From Candidatus Poribacteria bacterium (lineage in GTDB: Bacteria > Poribacteria > WGA-4E > WGA-3G), in NCBI GenBank assembly GCA_009839745.1, contig VXPE01000070.1, forward strand, positions 24,445 to 88,444: 64,000 nucleotides of DNA, read 5' to 3'. Each line of letters begins with the position of its first letter. Position 1 is the first letter of the stretch. Positions 43,955 to 52,977 of the stretch are shown piece by piece. The position numbers and the translations under genes were made by a program. The notes under the pieces were generated by a model. That model did no database searches and was not told the origin of the DNA. It saw only the letters and a list, made by a program, of their open reading frames with translations.

Positions 43955-46612
43955 CTAAATTATTTCACTATCGTTCTGCAAAGATTCGTTCCCATAAATC
44001 CATTCTCGGATAGTCTGCATTTCGTCTAAATTCTCTTGAAGGAAAGCATCCCTCGTATAAATGACCTTATATTCAAAATGAGCCTCTGGCTGCAAATTTT
44101 TCAAACGTTCCACTGCCTTCTCTTTTGCTACGACGATAGGGTCGCCGCGTTCACTTTCAGACTTAATCTCAACGATGTAGAATTCCCCTGTGTTCTTGAC
44201 GATAACAAAATCCGGAAAATAACGGTGATAATTGTTATCAGTGCCTTTGTATTCAAAGTGGAAATCGGTCTTCTTTGTATTCGTCAAACTTCCTGTAAAC
44301 AGGAAGACTTTGACATCTGCAACCGACTGATTCAGCGTTGCTAAAATCGTTTTAAAGAAATTCTGTTCAGGTCCGCTATCAAAGTCGTAGGGCATATAAT
44401 GAAAACTTACACCGTGGCTATCGTCTAAGTCCTCTTTACTGAGTAGCAGGTCAGCTTTGCTTTTGCGCAGACGCACCTTGTGAACGTAGCAGTCCTCAGT
44501 ATCATCTTTCTCAAAAAGTAGATTGCCATCGTCATCGTGGATACGAATCAGCGCGAGGTGTTCTGCAATCTGTTCCTCAATCACTTGGTAATTTTGCTGC
44601 TGGTCTTCCACTTGTTTGCACAGCGAATCGAAGTGTTTATACGGAACTTGACCCTCTGGATAGAGACTTTTGAGGCTTTTTAACGTCTCCATAACAGAGA
44701 GATGATAGTTTGTCGCAAGCCGTCTCGCCAGTGTGTAGCAGTCCGTTGTCCGATTCGTTATCTCAACTTCGTCCTGCGTTCCTAACGCTGTTAGCGGAGA
44801 GGCTCCCCGCTGCGTAAAGTCGGGGGTCAGAATGCTGCGAAAAGCAGCCAGAGTCTCCCCTACATCTGTAGGTTTGTGCAGCTGAATCTCTTTAGGTGCA
44901 TTTTCCAATGGGACAACCCGGCGCACCAACTGCATAATTTTTAATTTCGGCAAATCAGGCTTACGAATGCGGAGTGCAAATTCTTCCGTTTCCGCGTCTT
45001 GTTTACGCAGTTCACCAAGTGTCGTACCAAAGTTTGCCTGTAATTCTTTATCTAAAATCGTACTGTTTTTCGTATCCAAAAAGATTTTGGCAGTGTGCGT
45101 GTTGCCTTTCACTTGACGGAGACATCGGGTTGAGGCTTGCAAAATAAAATTACTGCTCGTTGTCTGCTCCTTAATCAGCGCGCAAGCGAATAGACTGGGG
45201 CAGTTCCAGCCCTCTGTCCCTTTGCCAATAAGTAGAATAATACGTTTCTGACTGTCAGAATTATTCAGCCGCTTGAATTCATCAATCTCCTGCGGACTTG
45301 ATTTTTGGGTATTGACGAGTATCTGAGTGGTACTCTCTCTCCTTTGGGTAAGTGCGTTTTGAATGTACTGATGGGAGGTATCCAAATGTTCTTGCGTTTT
45401 GAAGTAAAAGGCGATTTTCGCTTTCGCCCCACCGGGCAATGATATATCACCGTAGTGGTCAAAAAAATCATCTATAACGCTACGGATTACGTCTGCATCA
45501 GGCATCATTCCAATAGGGTACTGAACAATGCCGTTGTGAAGACTTTTGAGGATGTTGTCCTTAATTCCTTCACCGAGACTATACCACGCCACAACTTCTC
45601 TGAGCATCTGCCGTTTGGCGTAAGGCGTGCCAGTGGTATTGATAACAGCAACGAGAGGCGTTTTCTCATGTATGTAGTTAACCGTTTCCCGCACCCGTTT
45701 AAGTTCCGCGTCTATTTTGTTTCCGTAAGTGTGATGTGCCTCGTCTGAGAAGACCCCTAAACTTGGCAGACTCGTGATTTTTTGTAGTCGGAGGTTTGCC
45801 TCTAATTCTGCCTGCTCCTTCTTCTCTTCAAACTCTAATTCTGTCTGATTACTTCGCTTTTTGAGATTTGCCCGAAGCGCGATTTTCTCAGTGTTCGTGA
45901 CAATAACGTTGTAAGTACTACCGGCTTGAACCTGAATTTCTTTTGCTCCGGTCTGTGGATAGGTGATTTTGAGATTGGCGAGAAAATCACGATGTAGACT
46001 GGCAGGCAAAACCTGATCAAAAGGGATGTCACTGATTTCACGGAGGCTTTCAATAATCGTTGTACCGGGCGCAAAGACGAGGGCATTTTTCATGAAATTG
46101 CCCTCTGGATAGCGAAGTGCCATCGCGAATTCAGTTGCAATAATGGCACCAATAAGAACCGTCTTGCCTGTGCCCATCGCAAGCGCGAAGATATAACTTG
46201 GATAAGGAAGTGTTACAGCTTCATAAACAGGGTCAATTCCTTTCAGTTTAACAAATTCTGGGGTGTGTTCCACTAAATTAATAACTGCATCAACATTTGT
46301 AATGTATATCAGATCGTTTGGAGTGAGTGGGATTCCGAAGGCTTCGCAGAAATCGCGTATATCGCCGGTGTCGTAATAGTGTTTATAGATGTCTACGATA
46401 TGTGGGGTTTTCAACACTAATCGCAGGAACCAATAGAGTTCTAATGATTGGAATTGCGGTTCGCGAAGGTATTTGAGGTGAACACGATCATCTGCTTCTC
46501 CTTCAAACTGATAGCGTAGTATTTCTCCGATGAGTGGGTAATCTTGGCAGGGATATCCATCTTTACGCCAGTTCAATGTATCATCACGTAGTTTTTCAAA
46601 AAGGTGTTGCAT
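43955..46612 (-). CDS. type III restriction Res-like SF2 helicase with C-terminal PD-(D/E)xK nuclease
   Basis: 'LREPQ', Walker A 'AMGTGKT', 'SDEAHH', 'TGTP', 'GTEGWNCP' and 'QASTRCLRQ'. C-terminal 'YFPDFVIV..YIVEIKSE'. Confidence 0.82.
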   Translation of the reverse strand: MQHLFEKLRDDTLNWRKDGYPCQDYPLIGEILRYQFEGEADDRVHLKYLREPQFQSLELYWFLRLVLKTPHIVDIYKHYYDTGDIRDFCEAFGIPLTPNDLIYITNVDAVINLVEHTPEFVKLKGIDPVYEAVTLPYPSYIFALAMGTGKTVLIGAIIATEFAMALRYPEGNFMKNALVFAPGTTIIESLREISDIPFDQVLPASLHRDFLANLKITYPQTGAKEIQVQAGSTYNVIVTNTEKIALRANLKKRSNQTELEFEEKKEQAELEANLRLQKITSLPSLGVFSDEAHHTYGNKIDAELKRVRETVNYIHEKTPLVAVINTTGTPYAKRQMLREVVAWYSLGEGIKDNILKSLHNGIVQYPIGMMPDADVIRSVIDDFFDHYGDISLPGGAKAKIAFYFKTQEHLDTSHQYIQNALTQRRESTTQILVNTQKSSPQEIDEFKRLNNSDSQKRIILLIGKGTEGWNCPSLFACALIKEQTTSSNFILQASTRCLRQVKGNTHTAKIFLDTKNSTILDKELQANFGTTLGELRKQDAETEEFALRIRKPDLPKLKIMQLVRRVVPLENAPKEIQLHKPTDVGETLAAFRSILTPDFTQRGASPLTALGTQDEVEITNRTTDCYTLARRLATNYHLSVMETLKSLKSLYPEGQVPYKHFDSLCKQVEDQQQNYQVIEEQIAEHLALIRIHDDDGNLLFEKDDTEDCYVHKVRLRKSKADLLLSKEDLDDSHGVSFHYMPYDFDSGPEQNFFKTILATLNQSVADVKVFLFTGSLTNTKKTDFHFEYKGTDNNYHRYFPDFVIVKNTGEFYIVEIKSESERGDPIVVAKEKAVERLKNLQPEAHFEYKVIYTRDAFLQENLDEMQTIREWIYGNESLQNDSEII

Positions 46613-46670
46613 TAAACATATTCCCTAAATGTTTTGCTGAGGCAGCGAATGCTCACAGTCCAATGAAAAT

Positions 46671-47615
46671 TCATACATCATTATACTTTTCGTCTATTTC
46701 CTGGGCAATTACTTTCAAGGTTTCTACTTGCCGTTGTGTAAAGTCTGCGAAGATGTAGGTATCGTCCGCATGGATGTGAGTTTCATCCGGGGCGCAAAAG
46801 CATGCCTTGATGTGTTGCAAGGCATAATCAAGATTTTTGTATATGTCCTCTATATTGTCATCCGGTTCATCTCGTTCTCTCAATCCAGCCTTAAAGGTCT
46901 CAACGGATTTTAATATCTGATCAACATAATAACCAACAAGTTGAGCATGGGCCGAATCTGCGGACAAAATAGCCTCAAATATTTTTGTAAATGGATATGT
47001 TGTATGCTGGAAGGCATCAGCTAATTTTTTATCTGCAAATTTTTTTCTATGTTCCACTTCTTCTTCCTTTAAAGTTTCAATTACGTTATTCAAAACATCT
47101 TCAAAAACTCCTTTTTGCGTTGCAATTAAATCAGGAACACTTATATCCACATGCTTGGAATTAAGTGCTTTACCTCCTGATTTTGCTGGATAGAGTGTCA
47201 TTAGATGAAACTCTTGAGCACTAAGAGTTACGCGGGTAATGAAGTTAAATGCTTTTTTGTTACCTCTATTTGTAGGATGTCCAGCAGCGTCAATGCGAAT
47301 ATGCCGGATTTTTTCTAATGCAGTATCCTTGGTGTACGGAATTTTAAGAGCTTCATGTAGATTTTTTACGGCTTCTTGCTGCACATAGAGAGCCTGCAAA
47401 GCACCATAGATACGCAAATAATTTCTGCCTTTGTCAGAACTATCAGTGTCTAATTTTAGAAAACTTTCTAACGCTTCTTCTGTGTCCCCAATAGTATCCA
47501 TACAACTGCAAAGCATGTACCACAAGGTGGAATCTCGAATTAAGAGATTTTGCTTGCGGGAACTATTGATTAAATCTCGAATTTTACTAATTCGTTCGTT
47601 AAGAGGATATTTCAT
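46671..47615 (-). CDS. hypothetical protein (possible HEPN-like Rx5H motif)
   Basis: Clean 314-aa ORF with SD AGGAAG. It ends 58 nt upstream of res. The only motif I noticed is 'IRHIRIDAAGHPTNR'. Confidence 0.55.
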   Translation of the reverse strand: MKYPLNERISKIRDLINSSRKQNLLIRDSTLWYMLCSCMDTIGDTEEALESFLKLDTDSSDKGRNYLRIYGALQALYVQQEAVKNLHEALKIPYTKDTALEKIRHIRIDAAGHPTNRGNKKAFNFITRVTLSAQEFHLMTLYPAKSGGKALNSKHVDISVPDLIATQKGVFEDVLNNVIETLKEEEVEHRKKFADKKLADAFQHTTYPFTKIFEAILSADSAHAQLVGYYVDQILKSVETFKAGLRERDEPDDNIEDIYKNLDYALQHIKACFCAPDETHIHADDTYIFADFTQRQVETLKVIAQEIDEKYNDV

Positions 47616-47710
47616 AATTATACACTTCCTACTGTGTTGTCAAAATTGCAAATGTGGCACTTTGTAAGTATCCGTTTGTGCTGTTTAGCATCGCAGGATT
47701 TTCCAAAACC

Positions 47711-48301
47711 TTAATCACGGAACGTGACGCGTTCGTAGATCTCCTGCAAGGGCAATTCGCACTCGATAGAAGGAAATAGTAGCATCTCATCAGGTCCTTC
47801 AAAATCGGTAAAGATCCACTGCCTTTCTTGGCGACGGTAGTGTTCAACACGAACCTGGTCTTGCGCCACAAGGACATATTCCTGCAACGAGGTGAGTTGG
47901 CGATAGTGCGCGAATTTTTCACCGCGATCATACACTTCGGTGGAGGGTGAAAGCACTTCTATAACGACAATCGGGTTCAAGAGCATGTCAAAAACATCGT
48001 CTTCAAAACGAGGTTCTGCACAGACAACCCCCACATCAGGATAAAAGTAGGATTTTGTTGTCGGAATGCTGATACGCATTTCGTTGGCGAAAACAGCACA
48101 CTCAGTACCCATCAAGCTGGTATGCAACCTTGCAGAAATGTTCATTGTTATCAGATTATGCGCGAAACTTGCTCCAGACATAGGAATAATCTCTCCATTC
48201 ATGTATTCGCTTCTGACGGTTTCCGCATCAGGTATCGCCTTGCGTTCTAAAATAATGTATTCTTCTGGTGTGAGGTATGTTTGGGCTTCTCGCGTCGCCA
48301 T
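47711..48301 (-). CDS. Uma2 (DUF820) family putative endonuclease
   Basis: 'LTPEEYIILE', 'EYMNGEIIPMSGASFAHN', 'YPDVGVVC', 'NPIVVIEVLSPST' and 'GEKFAHYRQLTSLQEYVLV'. Confidence 0.82.
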   Translation of the reverse strand: MATREAQTYLTPEEYIILERKAIPDAETVRSEYMNGEIIPMSGASFAHNLITMNISARLHTSLMGTECAVFANEMRISIPTTKSYFYPDVGVVCAEPRFEDDVFDMLLNPIVVIEVLSPSTEVYDRGEKFAHYRQLTSLQEYVLVAQDQVRVEHYRRQERQWIFTDFEGPDEMLLFPSIECELPLQEIYERVTFRD

Positions 48302-48366
48302 GATGTCCCTCCAAGAATTTTTAGTATGTCTATTATAGCGTAGTTAAGGGGGAAAGTCAAGATCTC

Positions 48367-48396
48367 TTGACAGGTAAATCACAACTGGGATAAAAT
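48367..48396 (+). promoter_or_regulatory. sigma70-type promoter for the 48436 ORF
   Basis: TTGACA (48367-48372), 18-nt spacer, TAAAAT (48391-48396). Confidence 0.45.
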
Positions 48397-48435
48397 GAGT
48401 TTACTGACTCACATACCACACCGAGAGGAAAATTA

Positions 48436-49158
48436 ATGAAGTGCCTGGATTATGGACTTTCTTTTATTAACTCTGTTGGCAACGGGAATGCCCCCCGCTT
48501 TTGGGTCGAATCTCGATGCCGCATCATAGATGACACAGATGGAAGTTTCAGCGATTATTACCAATGTGGTTCCTGTAAGAGCGAACACACCTTTGCGGAG
48601 AAAAATCTCTTCATCAATCCAAACTATGACTTCCTCCCTGTTTTTGGTGAAGCGCATATAGCGGTATTCAGAAGGCATGCTTACTGCAACGATAGCTACG
48701 TCGAGTATAGACCTGCGCAGGAGTATTGGGGAGGTGCCCTGTTTGACGTTCAAGAGGCATCGCCGGTTCGGGTCCTCGATAGCAACGCAGCCATCTTTGA
48801 GGCGACACGAAAATGTCTACCCATCGTAACGCACACAGAAATATGGGACACCCATACACACCAGCGGGCAATTATCGAGTGTCCCGTTAAAACAATGAAC
48901 ATAGATGAAAACGCAGGCATCTACCAAGTTGATACAGGCATTGTTCTCTTTCCAGATCTGTCAAAGCGATACGATCGGCAGATTGAGATGTTCAGCCTTG
49001 CCTACGTTGCTTTTAACGCACCGGACTTCGCTGACTTCGTTATCGAACGCCCCACCCCCATCATTGAAAATGGTGTGGAAGTTACCCAAGTTTATCACTA
49101 TTCCGAAATTCGGAGTTTAGCAGCAAAGAATACCGTGTTCTGCATCGGTGAACTTTAA
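48436..49158 (+). CDS. hypothetical protein
   Basis: 240-aa ORF with SD GAGAGGAAA. It contains 'YYQCGSCKSEH'. I recognised no family. Confidence 0.55.
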   Translation: MKCLDYGLSFINSVGNGNAPRFWVESRCRIIDDTDGSFSDYYQCGSCKSEHTFAEKNLFINPNYDFLPVFGEAHIAVFRRHAYCNDSYVEYRPAQEYWGGALFDVQEASPVRVLDSNAAIFEATRKCLPIVTHTEIWDTHTHQRAIIECPVKTMNIDENAGIYQVDTGIVLFPDLSKRYDRQIEMFSLAYVAFNAPDFADFVIERPTPIIENGVEVTQVYHYSEIRSLAAKNTVFCIGEL

Positions 49159-49298
49159 CAGACACTCCCATTCAGATAATTTCTCTTGAAAAAATTTTAG
49201 GATCCGTTTATAATGCGGGATTATGGCACCGAACCGTGTATCAATTTCAACAGGTGCCGATAACAACTCGCATGATCTTTCTACGGAGGACAAAAAAC

Positions 49299-50624
49299 AT
49301 GAAAAGTGTTCGCATAAGTCTTGTTTTCGTGCTAATACTTGCACTTGCGTTCGTGAGTACCGCGAAAGCGGATAACCACCAATCCCAATCCTTAACCATT
49401 GTCTGGGCAGAATGGGATCCCGCTAATTACTTGCAGGAGCTCTCGAAAGACTTTACCGCCGAAACCGGCATTGCTGTCGATGTGATCCAGATCCCGTGGC
49501 CCAATTTCCAAGATAAGGTCTTCACGGCTTTTGTCGGAAAAAGCGACCTTTACGACATTGTGATTGGCGACAGCCAATGGCTCGGTCGGAACTCTCAGGG
49601 CAAGAATTATATCAATCTAACGGATTGGATTAATGAGAACATAGATGTCGATTCTATCTATGGACCCGCGATGACAGCCTTTGCTGAGTATCCAAAAGGG
49701 AGCGGAACCTACTGGGCATTACCTGCGGAGGTAGATGCCGCTGGATATGTCTATCGGAAAGACTTATTTGAAGATCCAAACGAAATGAAGGCATTCCAAG
49801 AGAAGTATGGCTACGCACTCGCGCCACCGAAAACCTACGACCACCTCCGCGATATCGCCGAATTTTTCACGCGTCCAGATAAAGACCTCTACGGTATTGC
49901 CACATGGTATAGCAAGGAATATGACGGCATTACGATGGGGTTCCAACAGGTGATGTGGAGCTTTGGGGGTGCTTATGGCGACGCAGACACCCATAAAGTC
50001 GCCGGGCACATTAACACAGAGGACACCGTTAAAGCCCTTGAATTTTACACAGATCTGCTCCAGTTTTCACCGCCTGATGCCCCGAACTACTATTGGTCAG
50101 AGACGCTCGGTGCCTATAATGCAGGGAAGGTCGCAATGGCGATGAACTACTTCGCCTTTTTCCCCGGGGTCTTAAACCCAGAATCGAATAAAATTTCTCA
50201 CGACAAGAGCGGTTTCTTTATCGCCCCGGCGGGTCCGAAAGGACATTATATCAGCATCGGTGGACAGGGCATGTCGATTTCCTCTTATTCCAAAAACAAG
50301 GATCTTGCCAAGCAATACATGAAATGGTTTATGCAGAAACCTGTGCAAGAGAAATGGGCAGCCCTCGGTGGGTTCACGCCACACAAAGAGGTGTTACAGT
50401 CGGATATCTTTAAGACAGCGACTCCTTTTAACGAAGCTTTCGCCGCGAGTTTCCCGTATCTACGCGATTTCTGGGCAGTGCCGGAATACGCAGAACTCTT
50501 AGAAGTCTGCCAGACGAATTGGAGTGAAGCCATCTCCAAAATCAAGTCTGCCAAGGAAGCATTGGACACCATCGCGCGGAAACATGAGGAAATCTTTGAG
50601 GACGCAGGCTACTACGACGAGTAG
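49299..50624 (+). CDS. ABC transporter sugar-binding protein (family 1 SBP)
   Basis: Signal peptide 'MKSVRISLVFVLILALAFVSTAKA'. SD GGAGGA precedes ATG 49299. Permease genes follow. Confidence 0.85.
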   Translation: MKSVRISLVFVLILALAFVSTAKADNHQSQSLTIVWAEWDPANYLQELSKDFTAETGIAVDVIQIPWPNFQDKVFTAFVGKSDLYDIVIGDSQWLGRNSQGKNYINLTDWINENIDVDSIYGPAMTAFAEYPKGSGTYWALPAEVDAAGYVYRKDLFEDPNEMKAFQEKYGYALAPPKTYDHLRDIAEFFTRPDKDLYGIATWYSKEYDGITMGFQQVMWSFGGAYGDADTHKVAGHINTEDTVKALEFYTDLLQFSPPDAPNYYWSETLGAYNAGKVAMAMNYFAFFPGVLNPESNKISHDKSGFFIAPAGPKGHYISIGGQGMSISSYSKNKDLAKQYMKWFMQKPVQEKWAALGGFTPHKEVLQSDIFKTATPFNEAFAASFPYLRDFWAVPEYAELLEVCQTNWSEAISKIKSAKEALDTIARKHEEIFEDAGYYDE

Positions 50625-50625
50625 A

Positions 50626-50735
50626 GATCGGAAGATTGGAAGATTGGAAGATTGGAAGATTGGAAATTATCCGATCCTTCTACCCTTCCACTCTTCCCTC
50701 CAAATCCTTCCACCCTTCCATCCTATATCCTTCAT
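50626..50735. repeat. (GGAAGATT)x4.5 tandem repeat plus complementary CCTTCC-rich arm
   Basis: Four perfect 8-mers at 50630-50661 plus GGAAATT at 50662-50668. A C/T-rich tract with repeated CTTCC/CCTTCCA follows at 50669-50735 and can pair with the GGAAG units. Confidence 0.85.
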
Positions 50736-50751
50736 AAGTTTCGCAATAAAT

Positions 50752-51675
50752 ATGCTTACCAACCACCCACACCAAACATCGCGCGGGATGAGTGATTACC
50801 AGTTGAAGATGGCATTTATCATGCCCACCATGATCTTGCTCATCTTGATGAACATTTTTCCGCTGCTGTGGTCGCTGTATCTGAGTTTCCATCGCTACAA
50901 AGCCTCCATGCCCGCAGCCCCAAGATTTATCGGTGTCCGTAATTATTCACGCCTCCTCGCCGATCCAGAGATATGGGGTTACTTTCAAACCACCGCCTAT
51001 TTCGTGATCCTTGCAGTCGCAGCGCAATTCTTCATCGGATTCGGGTTGGCACTGCTCCTGAATCGGGACTTCCGGTATAAAGGCTTCGTCACAACGTTGT
51101 TGCTGCTACCGATGATGCTATCGCCTGTGGTCGTTGGACTCTTTTGGCGGTTTATCCTCTCTTCAGATAACGCCGGTTTGCTGAACTTTTTTCTCAGTCC
51201 CTTTTTAAACTCGCCTATCGGCTGGACGACCCATCCGAAGGTCGCGATGTTAGCCGTTGTGATTGTGGATACATGGATGTGGTCGCCATTTATGATGCTG
51301 ATCGCCTTGGCAGGACTCAGCGCAGTGCCGAAATTTCTTTACGAAGCTGCGGATGTCGATAGAGCCTCCGCTTGGTTCAAGTTCCGATGGATTACCCTGC
51401 CGTTAGTCTCTCCACTCTTACTGATTTCCCTGCTGTTCAGGACGATGGATGCTTTCAAGATGTTCGACATCGTCTATGTACTCACGCGTGAGGGCGGACC
51501 TGGGACCGCCACAGAGACTGTGTCCATGAATCTTTATAAACTCGCCTTCCGCAACTACAACACCGGTAAAGCGTGCGCGATGGCGTATATTCTACTCATC
51601 ATTATCGTTGCCCTGAGCAATATTTACGTGAAATACCTGAATCGCGTCAAGGGAGAGGAGGCACAGGAGACATAA
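50752..51675 (+). CDS. ABC sugar transporter permease (MalF/UgpA-like)
   Basis: 'FIMPTMILLILMNIFPLLWSLYLSF' and the EAA loop 'LYEAADVDRASAWFKFRWITLP'. Start is ATG 50752 or 50788. The ORF-track extension reads through the repeat. Confidence 0.85.
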   Translation: MLTNHPHQTSRGMSDYQLKMAFIMPTMILLILMNIFPLLWSLYLSFHRYKASMPAAPRFIGVRNYSRLLADPEIWGYFQTTAYFVILAVAAQFFIGFGLALLLNRDFRYKGFVTTLLLLPMMLSPVVVGLFWRFILSSDNAGLLNFFLSPFLNSPIGWTTHPKVAMLAVVIVDTWMWSPFMMLIALAGLSAVPKFLYEAADVDRASAWFKFRWITLPLVSPLLLISLLFRTMDAFKMFDIVYVLTREGGPGTATETVSMNLYKLAFRNYNTGKACAMAYILLIIIVALSNIYVKYLNRVKGEEAQET

Positions 51676-52892
51676 TGCGGCATCGGAAAAACTTTGTCCA
51701 CTACCTTATATTGGCACTCATCGCTGTGGCTGTGCTTGTCTACATCACCCCGATTTACTGGATTTTGGCGACATCGCTAAAGACCCTGTCTGATATTACC
51801 ACAAAACTTCCGAAGTTCGTTTTTGACATATCGTTAGAGAACTATCAGAAGTTGATGCCGTCAGAAGGGGTCCCAGGGGTAACGTATCTATTTTTAGGAG
51901 AGGTAGTCGTCGGATTATTGTTGTTCGGTTTCTTCTCTCTTTTCAATGTGAGGTTACCCCGTGCCTTGTCCCTCCGAAATCTCGGCTTCATCTGGAACAG
52001 TCTTTTCATTTTAACGTGTCTCTATAGTTTTCTGACGCTGCCACCACTGCGGAGTCGGCTCCAAACGGATGCCCGTTTTAACTTTCTGCTACTCATCGTT
52101 TGCACAATTATAGCCTATCCCTTGATTGTTCCGTGGAGAAAGACTGGGGGATTGACATCGCAAACTGCCAAAAAACAGCGACTCACCCTCGTCTTACCAA
52201 GTGTTTTCGGAACGATAGCGATTTGCGTCGCACTGGCAAACGGTGGGTCGAAGTATTTTTATCAGCTGCTCAATAGCATCATCATCGGTGGCGGTAGCAC
52301 GATTCTTGCTGTAGGACTCGGAACACTTGCGGCTTACGCCTTCTCCCGATTCGACATCGCAGGCAAGGACGATCTGCTTTTCTTTATCCTCAGCACCCGC
52401 ATGCTCCCCCCTGTCGTGGTTGTGATTCCGATCTATCTGATGTACAGTGCGCTCGGGTTGCGGGATACACACTTCGGACTGATTCTGCTCTATACCACTT
52501 TCAATGTTTCGTTTGCGGTGTGGCTCATGAAGGGATTTATTGACGAAATTCCAAAGGAGTATGAGGACGCAGCACTCGTTGATGGCTACTCACGGTTCCA
52601 AACTTTCCTAAAGGTCATTTTACCGCAATCCGTCACAGGCATTGCCGCGACTGCCGTGTTCTGTCTCATTACGGCGTGGAACGAGTTCGCGTTTGCCTTG
52701 GTTCTGACAGAGGTCGGCGGTAGAGCTGTGACCGCCCCCCCTTCAATTACGAGTGCGACGGGTTCCACGGGTATGGATTGGGGAAAAATCGCCGCCGGGA
52801 CCTTTGTTTTTCTCCTACCCGTTGCCGTTTTTACCTTCCTGATGCGGAGTCATCTCCTGCGTGGCGTCACTTTCGGCGCAGTGAAGAAATGA
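51675..52892 (+). CDS. ABC sugar transporter permease (MalG/UgpE-like) with ~130-aa hydrophobic insertion
   Basis: 'ITPIYWILATSLK' and the EAA loop 'EDAALVDGYSRFQTFLKVILP'. The ATG overlaps the upstream stop (TAATG). At 405 aa it is longer than the usual ~280 aa. Confidence 0.82.
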   Translation: MRHRKNFVHYLILALIAVAVLVYITPIYWILATSLKTLSDITTKLPKFVFDISLENYQKLMPSEGVPGVTYLFLGEVVVGLLLFGFFSLFNVRLPRALSLRNLGFIWNSLFILTCLYSFLTLPPLRSRLQTDARFNFLLLIVCTIIAYPLIVPWRKTGGLTSQTAKKQRLTLVLPSVFGTIAICVALANGGSKYFYQLLNSIIIGGGSTILAVGLGTLAAYAFSRFDIAGKDDLLFFILSTRMLPPVVVVIPIYLMYSALGLRDTHFGLILLYTTFNVSFAVWLMKGFIDEIPKEYEDAALVDGYSRFQTFLKVILPQSVTGIAATAVFCLITAWNEFAFALVLTEVGGRAVTAPPSITSATGSTGMDWGKIAAGTFVFLLPVAVFTFLMRSHLLRGVTFGAVKK

Positions 52893-52977
52893 TTTCACAC
52901 TTTTTGATTGACACCCCGAGACATATATGATTTACTAATTCTAAAGCAGCAGACTGTAAACTCCTGAGGAACATAAT

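Noticed and set aside
36028-48435. Prophage or integrative element interpretation of the island.
   Set aside because: There are no capsid, terminase, tail or integrase/recombinase genes, and I found no flanking tRNA or att-like direct repeats.
50524-50751. N-terminal extension of the MalF-like permease ('..RLEDWKIGNYPILLPFHSSLQILPPFH..').
   Set aside because: It overlaps the end of the SBP gene and translates the GGAAGATT repeat and its CT-rich arm. The permease homology starts after ATG 50752/50788.
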